Program-made: the position numbers and the translations under genes
Notes under the pieces: generated by a model
What the model was told of the DNA's origin: nothing
Database searches by the model: none
Seen by the model: only the letters and a program-made list of their open reading frames with translations
Shown here: positions 6,610 through 12,562 of the stretch, piece by piece
Numbering within the stretch: position 1 is the stretch's first letter
Layout: every line of letters starts with the position of its first letter
From: an uncultured archaeon
Lineage (GTDB): Archaea > Iainarchaeota > Iainarchaeia > Iainarchaeales > 0-14-0-20-30-16
Assembly (NCBI GenBank): GCA_964595665.1
Contig: CAZQQS010000015.1
Coordinates: 1-13,610 of the forward strand
Reading direction: 5' to 3'
Length of the DNA: 13,610 nt

Positions 6610-7914
6610 TTATTTCTTTATATTACAAATTAAAGATTTAGCTAAATCTTCAGGAAATTCAAAAACTAAAAAGCTTTCTTGCAATATTTTGGTATATTCT
6701 TGCATAGTAGATATAAAGAAAATATTCTTATTTAATTTTTCTAATTCTAACTTTAATTTAATTACTTCTTCTTTATTTATTGTAGATACTTGTCCTAATA
6801 AAATAATTACATATGTATTCGAAATACTTTTTGTTAAATTAATTGCTGTCAAATATCTTTTACAATCAGAATCACCCATTAAATCTATTGGATTCTTAAC
6901 AGATACACCTAAAGGCAAGTATTTTTTTAATTGATTTCTAACTTTTTCTGATAATTCTAAAATAGGAATATTAAATTCTTCAAAATAATCTGATAATAAT
7001 ATTCCATAGCCCCCACCATTAGTAATAATAGTTATATCTGTAATTGGTTTTTTAGAAATAATTGCTGAATAATTTACTAAATCATTAACAGTATTAGCAT
7101 TTATAACTTTAAATTGATTAAAAATTCCTTTATAAACAGAATAATCTCCTGCTAAATTTCCTGTATGACTTTGAACACTTTGTGAACCTTTCTTACTCTT
7201 ACCAGCTTTTAAAATTATTATTGGCTTTTTTTGTTTTCTTAATATCTCAACAAATCTTTTTCCATTAATAACTTCTTCAATATAGCATGCGATTACGTCA
7301 GTATTATTATCTTTATTTAAATATTCAATTAAATCACATTCATTAATGTCACAAGCATTACCATAACTAACAAACTTATTCAACCCAATATTTTTCTTTT
7401 CAAATTGATTAATTAATATTCCTCCAACAGTCCCTGATTGACTAATTAAAGAAATTTTTCCTCTTTTTGGTCTTTTTTGTGCTTCTGTAGATAAAAATAA
7501 AGTATCTAAATTATTATAATTATCAAATATTCCTAAAACATTAGGACCTACAATTCTTATTTTATTCTTTTTTGCAAACTCTTTTAATTTATTTTCAGAA
7601 ATTAAATCCCCTGCTTCTTTAAATCCAGAACTAATTATAATTACATATTTTGTTTTCTTTTTTGCACAATCTTTCAAAACATCAAAAACATACTCTTTAG
7701 GTACGGCAATTATAGCTAAATCCAATTGTTTTATAGGAATATTTTTTAAAGATGGATATGCTTTCAATCCCAAAACAATTTTCTCATTTAAATTAATAGG
7801 ATAAATTTGTTTTCTAGAATTCAAAATATTCTTTAAAATAGTATAACCTATCTTACCTTGTTTATTTGATGCGCCTATAACAGCAACACTTTCAGGATTA
7901 AATAATTCATTCAT
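6610..7914 (-). CDS. acetate--CoA ligase (ADP-forming) / acyl-CoA synthetase (NDP-forming), alpha subunit
   Basis: ESVAVIGASNKQGKIG is the CoA-binding Rossmann N-terminus. SQSGTVG is present, and QSHTGNLAG is the phosphohistidine loop (compare SHTGSLAG of archaeal ACD alpha). At 434 aa it is alpha-subunit sized. GTGAT lies 4 nt upstream of the ATG, which is only 4 nt after the upstream gene's stop. Confidence 0.85.
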   Translation of the reverse strand: MNELFNPESVAVIGASNKQGKIGYTILKNILNSRKQIYPINLNEKIVLGLKAYPSLKNIPIKQLDLAIIAVPKEYVFDVLKDCAKKKTKYVIIISSGFKEAGDLISENKLKEFAKKNKIRIVGPNVLGIFDNYNNLDTLFLSTEAQKRPKRGKISLISQSGTVGGILINQFEKKNIGLNKFVSYGNACDINECDLIEYLNKDNNTDVIACYIEEVINGKRFVEILRKQKKPIIILKAGKSKKGSQSVQSHTGNLAGDYSVYKGIFNQFKVINANTVNDLVNYSAIISKKPITDITIITNGGGYGILLSDYFEEFNIPILELSEKVRNQLKKYLPLGVSVKNPIDLMGDSDCKRYLTAINLTKSISNTYVIILLGQVSTINKEEVIKLKLELEKLNKNIFFISTMQEYTKILQESFLVFEFPEDLAKSLICNIKK

Positions 7915-7918
7915 ATTA

Positions 7919-9352
7919 TCACTTTGATAAAGATGGTCTTAAAACAAATCTAAATGGTTTCGAATCCTTTATTGTAATTCCAACTTCATTATCTTCTAAA
8001 ACAGATAATTTTGCTGTAATTTTATTTAATAATTCAGACATAAAATCAATTTCGTTTTCTGCAAATAAAACATAATGCTTAGAATTATTTTTTAATAACA
8101 ACTCAAAAAAACTTTTTGATAATAAATCAGTATCAGTTCTTTTAAAATATTTTGTAATGTCATCAAAAAATATTGCTATGTTTTCTTCTTTTTCTAAAAT
8201 CTTTTTTAATTGATTATAAATAATTAATTTATTTGCATAAATACTATCATTTAAAGTAATTAAATGTAAAGCCCCTAAATTCTTATTTTGTTCTTTAAAA
8301 TAATCACTTACACTTACTTCTCCCAAAAATACTCCAGGATTCTTTTGTTTTATTATAGAAATAATTCTTTGTGCTAAATTAATATTATATGATGAAAACT
8401 TTTCATCTGGTTCAAATATATCTAAACTTTTTAATAAATTATCTAAAGTATTTGGTTTCTTTTCCAAAATAACTTTATTTATCAACTCTTTAATGATTGG
8501 ATTATTTATTCCATTTATTTCATTAAATACATTTTCAGGCAAATCTAAAAGATTACAATATATTTTCTCACCTAAAGCATAAGTAATCATTGGAAAACCC
8601 ATTGGCGCCAATTTATTCTTTTCTTGTGCCTCTTTATTTTCATTCGGGTATTTTATATTAGCTAATCCCAAATCAGAAGAAAATGCTACAACATTAACTT
8701 TATTTAATAAAAAGTTCTCTAAAAGAATCCTTTTAGTTGATTTATTTTCTTTTCCAAAAACAAAAGTTCTTAAAAATAAATTACAGGTTTCTAAAACTTG
8801 TTCTCCCGTAATCTTATAATATCCTAAAAAACAATCTGTTGTTGAATTATCTACTTTAGAAACTTCGTGAGATTTAGGGTTTTTATTAACTGATATAAAA
8901 GAAAATAAATTTAATGGATTTGAAAAAATACCTTTTTTGTATTCCAAAGGTAATTCAGAATATTCTTTAAAATTAATTTCATAAGAATTAGCTATACTAA
9001 TTATATTTTTAATATCTTTTCTTAATTTAGTAAATTGAGAATTAATAAAATCAAAAACATCTTTTTGTTCGTAAGCAACAACTTCTTGATCACCTAAAAG
9101 CAATAAATATTTTTTATTTGTTTGAGAATGCATTAAAATAAATATTGCATTTCTTGGCAAAGACTCTACAAAAGATTCAGAATCTCCAAATACCCCTGAA
9201 ATTTGACAAACATATAACACAGACTTAGTTTTCTCAGAGTTTAGTATTTCAGAAATTATAAATCCTTCCTCATTAAAAAATATTTTTAATGAATAATCAT
9301 CATATATTCCAGTAAATAACTCTTTCCAAGGCCCATTTGGGTATTCAATCAT
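7919..9352 (-). CDS. hypothetical protein with a HerA/FtsK-like (DUF87-type) P-loop NTPase layout and a degenerate Walker A
   Basis: TFVFGKENKSTKRILLENFLLNKVNVVAFSSDLG resembles the HerA-type pattern h-h-G-x-T-G-S-G-K-S-x...viifD, but reads G-K-E-N-K-S-T, one residue short and lacking the second Gly. IAIFFDDITKYF is Walker-B-like. HYVLFAENEIDFMSELLNKITAKL resembles the TQrP...ls-type sensor region. The protein ends in the tail FRFVLRPSLSK. These are motif-level resemblances only. Confidence 0.4.
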   Translation of the reverse strand: MIEYPNGPWKELFTGIYDDYSLKIFFNEEGFIISEILNSEKTKSVLYVCQISGVFGDSESFVESLPRNAIFILMHSQTNKKYLLLLGDQEVVAYEQKDVFDFINSQFTKLRKDIKNIISIANSYEINFKEYSELPLEYKKGIFSNPLNLFSFISVNKNPKSHEVSKVDNSTTDCFLGYYKITGEQVLETCNLFLRTFVFGKENKSTKRILLENFLLNKVNVVAFSSDLGLANIKYPNENKEAQEKNKLAPMGFPMITYALGEKIYCNLLDLPENVFNEINGINNPIIKELINKVILEKKPNTLDNLLKSLDIFEPDEKFSSYNINLAQRIISIIKQKNPGVFLGEVSVSDYFKEQNKNLGALHLITLNDSIYANKLIIYNQLKKILEKEENIAIFFDDITKYFKRTDTDLLSKSFFELLLKNNSKHYVLFAENEIDFMSELLNKITAKLSVLEDNEVGITIKDSKPFRFVLRPSLSK

Positions 9353-9432
9353 ACAAACACCATAAAATTTATAAACATCTATTACTTATTATAATATCAT
9401 AATAATATAAATATTTATGCATAGGTGTTTGT
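9353..9432. promoter_or_regulatory. 80-bp divergent promoter/leader region bounded by a 9-bp inverted repeat
   Basis: ACAAACACC (9353-9361) and GGTGTTTGT (9424-9432) are exact reverse complements. Each abuts the start codon of one divergent gene, giving GGTGTTTGT-ATG on the minus strand and GGTGTTTGT-TTG on the plus strand. The AT-rich core contains several TATA-like runs (TTTATAAA, TTATAATAT, ATATAAATATTTAT). Confidence 0.45.
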
Positions 9433-9963
9433 TTGGATCAAGGAATATTGGATACTATTACTAATTTAAAAAATTCTGGATTAAATGATTCTGAAATAAA
9501 AAATATGTTAAAGGATATTGGATTTGAGGATAATGTTATTGATGAAGCATTAAACTATAAAAAAACGAAAGCTCCAGAACAAAAAGAAACAGAATCTGAG
9601 GTAACAGAAGAAATTAAAGAACAAAAATCTAATGAAGATGAAATTAAAAAACATTCAGATACAGCTAAATTAGCGAGTAGTGTTACAATGAATGTTGCTC
9701 AAAATGCATCAGATAAATTAGATGCGCATAAAGAAAGTATGCAAAATATGAATACTAAAATAAATGATCTAAGTTCAGGTTTTGAAAGATTACCTACAAA
9801 AGAACATATTGAGGAAATAAAAACAATGCATTCCTCAATAAATGAGAAAAATACTAATTTAGATAAAAAAGTAGATGCTTTGGATGCTAAAATGGAATCT
9901 TTAACTAAAATAATGAAAGATATTTTAGAAAGCCAAAGAGATATTTTAATGAGATTAAGATAA
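9433..9963 (+). CDS. hypothetical acidic coiled-coil protein with a small N-terminal helical-hairpin motif
   Basis: The start is a TTG preceded by a GGTG Shine-Dalgarno motif at 5-nt spacing. The N-terminal LKNSGLNDSEIKNMLKDIGFEDNVIDEAL fits the common archaeal pattern 'G-x-s-x-x-e-I-x-x-x-L-x-x-x-G-x...i-x-x-A-L', a UBA-like helical hairpin. The remainder is Glu/Lys-rich with heptad-like stretches (KVDALDAKMESLTKIMKDILESQRDILMRL). Confidence 0.55.
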   Translation: MDQGILDTITNLKNSGLNDSEIKNMLKDIGFEDNVIDEALNYKKTKAPEQKETESEVTEEIKEQKSNEDEIKKHSDTAKLASSVTMNVAQNASDKLDAHKESMQNMNTKINDLSSGFERLPTKEHIEEIKTMHSSINEKNTNLDKKVDALDAKMESLTKIMKDILESQRDILMRLR

Positions 9964-9975
9964 AAATAAAAAATT

Positions 9976-9997
9976 AGATGTTCAGAATCGAACATCT
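9976..9997. terminator. hairpin (8-bp stem, 6-nt loop) at the convergent gene junction, flanked by T-tracts on both strands
   Basis: AGATGTTC (9976-9983) pairs perfectly with GAACATCT (9990-9997). On the plus strand it is followed by TTTGTCTTTTTAGTTTTT. On the minus strand the region after the TGA stop reads AATTTTTTATTTTTA. The hairpin overlaps the last codons of the CBS gene. Confidence 0.4.
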
Positions 9998-11034
9998 CCC
10001 ATTTGTCTTTTTAGTTTTTGAACAGCTAATTCTGTTGCGTGCTCAAAACCCCAACCCTCAGTAGATATATTCCAAGTATTCTTAGGTTCAATAATTCTTA
10101 ATCTACAATTTACTAAAGGCAAAGTTCTAAATTTCTCCTTACCCAATTTATAATATACAAAAATCTTTGCATTTGGGCCCAAAAACTTATATAACGATTC
10201 GAATTTCTTCTCAACATCTGGTTTATATATTCCAGAAAACTTTGCAGAAATATAAACTTCTGGTTTTTCATAAATCTCTTGTCCTAAAGAATAGATATAA
10301 TATTCCAAAATATTTGTCTTTGTTACTATACCTGATAATTCATTATTTTGCATTATTAGCACTGATGAAACATTTTTATCTACAAAAGTATCAATTAATT
10401 TAGATAACAAATCAGATTTACTTAAAATAATTATATCTGATTTCATTACTTGCTTTACCAAAGTAGTTTGTAATTGTAATCGAGTAATTTGTGTAGCGTG
10501 TATAAAATAGCCCAAAATTGTAGATAATGTTATTACCCCTTTTACTTTTCCATCAAAAACTACTAATTTAGAAATTCCTTTTTCTTGAAATATAGATAAT
10601 ACTTTTGCTAAATTATCGTTTTCTGAAACAGTTATAGGATTATAATTTATTAATGGTGTAATTGCAATATTTCCTATTTCTTTTGAAATAGTTTTTAAAA
10701 AATCAGTTCTTTGTAAAACGCATTCTAATTTTTGTTTATTTTCATCAAATACAGGTAAAAAATGTGCACCACTTTCTATAAAAATTTTTGCCACATCCAA
10801 ATTAGAGGTATTTGAAGTAATAATTGCTGGTTTATAAACTATAGAATCTATTTTGACTTCTGGAAAAAATAACCCTTCTTTTAGAATATTTTTTCTTGTT
10901 ACTATTCCCAAATATTTTTCTTTATCAAAAACAATTACTTGTTTATCTTTTTTTAATTTAGGAATTATTTTTGAAACTGATTCTGAAGCATCAACTATCA
11001 AATAATCTTTAATATTATTACAAGTCCAACTCAT
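9982..11034 (-). CDS. four-CBS-domain protein with a C-terminal HPF/RaiA-like (S30AE-type) beta-alpha-beta-beta-beta-alpha domain
   Basis: There are four CBS-type units: IVDASESV...VIVFDKEKYLGIVTRKNIL; AIITSNTSNLDVAKIFIESGAHFLPVFDEN...LECVLQRTDFL; ITVSENDNLAKVLSIFQEKGISKLVVFDGKVKGVITLSTIL; IIILSKSDLLSKLIDTFVDKNVSSVLIMQNNELSGIVTKTNIL. The C-terminal residues 261-353 (nt 9985-10263) are discussed in the findings. The track start at 11043 is a GTG. I prefer ATG 11034, with GAGGTG 6 nt upstream. The CBS call is firm, while the HPF-like call is about 0.45. Confidence 0.7.
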   Translation of the reverse strand: MSWTCNNIKDYLIVDASESVSKIIPKLKKDKQVIVFDKEKYLGIVTRKNILKEGLFFPEVKIDSIVYKPAIITSNTSNLDVAKIFIESGAHFLPVFDENKQKLECVLQRTDFLKTISKEIGNIAITPLINYNPITVSENDNLAKVLSIFQEKGISKLVVFDGKVKGVITLSTILGYFIHATQITRLQLQTTLVKQVMKSDIIILSKSDLLSKLIDTFVDKNVSSVLIMQNNELSGIVTKTNILEYYIYSLGQEIYEKPEVYISAKFSGIYKPDVEKKFESLYKFLGPNAKIFVYYKLGKEKFRTLPLVNCRLRIIEPKNTWNISTEGWGFEHATELAVQKLKRQMGDVRF

Positions 11035-11122
11035 ATACATCACCTCTTTACAATATAAGTATGTTTTAAAGATTTATATGTCTTTCTTATATTATATATT
11101 TATTGAGATTTTAGTGAGATTT

Positions 11123-11644
11123 ATGCAAAAATTTTATGGAATTTTAAATGATAGGAAAACTATTATTACAGATAATAATACAATATCTAGATTGTGTGAA
11201 AAAAACATTGGTGAGAAACACAAAAGCTTTTTAGTTTTAGATGAATACGAAACAATGTATTTATTAGATAATAATTGGCTTGAATTAAAAAGTGAAAATA
11301 AAAAAATCACTGCTAAAAAATATTTGGAAAGTCTAATTGTTGAGAAAAAGGAATTTTTACAAAAATATCAAGTATATTTTGAATTTAAAAATTTAGGATA
11401 CATTATTAAAACAGGATTAAAATTTGGTTTTGATTTTAGAGTATACCCTAAAGGTAAAAAAATTAATGAATCTCACACAAAATATGTTGTAAGTGTAATA
11501 TCTGAAAATAAAAAAATTACTACTAAAGATTTAGCAAAAGGTATACGATTATCTATTGGATTACATACAGAAATATTAATTGCAATTGTAGATAATCAAT
11601 TTGATGTAACTTACTATAAATTCTCAAGAGAAAAAATAATGTGA
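11123..11644 (+). CDS. endA: tRNA-splicing endonuclease, homotetramer-type size (~173 aa)
   Basis: GYIIKTGLKFGFDFRVYPKGKKINESHTKYVVSV aligns with my recollection of M. jannaschii EndA, GYIVKTGLKYGADFRLYERGANIDKEHSVYLVKV, which carries the catalytic Tyr and His. ILIAIVDNQFDVTYY aligns with LLIAIVDADGDIVYY. The N-terminus MQKFYGILNDRKTIITDNNTISRL aligns with [25 protein letters not shown], so I prefer ATG 11123 (with GTGAG upstream) over the track start at 11078. Confidence 0.88.
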   Translation: MQKFYGILNDRKTIITDNNTISRLCEKNIGEKHKSFLVLDEYETMYLLDNNWLELKSENKKITAKKYLESLIVEKKEFLQKYQVYFEFKNLGYIIKTGLKFGFDFRVYPKGKKINESHTKYVVSVISENKKITTKDLAKGIRLSIGLHTEILIAIVDNQFDVTYYKFSREKIM

Positions 11645-11648
11645 TTCT

Positions 11649-12128
11649 ATGACAAAAATAATTTATGCTCCTTTAAGAGAAAACTATGTTGAAAATAATA
11701 ACAAGAATAATAAAAATAATGGTTGCCCATTTTGCAATTTAAATAATAAAAAAGATTTATTAGTTTATGAAGGCAATACAGGATATATTTTAGCAAATAA
11801 ATATCCCTATTTATATGGTCATTTAATGATTATTCCAAAAAGACATATTACTGACATATTAGATTTGAATAAAGATGAAGATAAAGACATGATGCTATTA
11901 ATTAAAAAAGCAATTAAATTATTAAAAGAAACTTTTAATCCTGATGGTTTTGATATGGGCTATCAAAGTATATTTGGAGGTGCTTCTGTAGAACATATTC
12001 ATTTTCATGTTGTACCTAGGTTTAAAGGTGATACGGGATTTATGAATTTATTAGATGATGTTAATATAATCGCAGAAAAACCTGAAGAAATGGTTAAAAA
12101 ATTAAAAAAGAAAAATCATATTTTTTAA
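11649..12128 (+). CDS. HIT-family nucleotide hydrolase/transferase of the Ap4A-phosphorylase-like branch ('YAPWR...CxFC')
   Basis: EHIHFHVVPRFKGDTGFM is the histidine triad HxHxHxx with the downstream GDTxFM. The N-terminal IYAPLRENYV...GCPFC and NKYPYLYGHLMIIPKRH match this branch. The start lies 4 nt after the endA stop, with GTGAT upstream. Confidence 0.88.
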   Translation: MTKIIYAPLRENYVENNNKNNKNNGCPFCNLNNKKDLLVYEGNTGYILANKYPYLYGHLMIIPKRHITDILDLNKDEDKDMMLLIKKAIKLLKETFNPDGFDMGYQSIFGGASVEHIHFHVVPRFKGDTGFMNLLDDVNIIAEKPEEMVKKLKKKNHIF

Positions 12129-12136
12129 GTGAGATT

Positions 12137-12562
12137 ATGTCTTATACCATATACAAGCCAAATAATTCAAAAACTGGTTCGGCATTAAATATAGATTTTA
12201 ATAAAAACAAAAAATCAATATTCTTAGAATTCTCTAAACAAATAGAAGAAAAAAAATTTGATTGGCAAAATAAACAAATATTTAAATTAAGTGCCCAAGA
12301 TGCTGCAAAAATTTGTGTATTTGTTAAAGATAAGAAAGAGGAAATGCAATTATTTCATGATCCTAATAAATCAATTAATGAAACTTCAGTTAAAAATGCT
12401 GTTTTAAAAATATCTAGAAATAATTATGGCTACTCATTTAAAATAAATCAACAAGAAAAAGATAATACATTAAATTCAATTCAAATATCATTAACAGAAG
12501 ATGAAATTTATATATTAATTATAATATTCAACAAAGCAATTGAAGAAATTTATAGTGATTAG
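12137..12562 (+). CDS. Whirly-like single-stranded nucleic-acid-binding protein (candidate)
   Basis: By-eye alignment to remembered plant WHY1/p24 sequence gives four matches. [21 protein letters not shown] matches [44 protein letters not shown] matches [33 protein letters not shown] matches [33 protein letters not shown] matches [22 protein letters not shown]. GTGAG lies upstream of the ATG. Confidence 0.55.
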   Translation: [141 protein letters not shown]

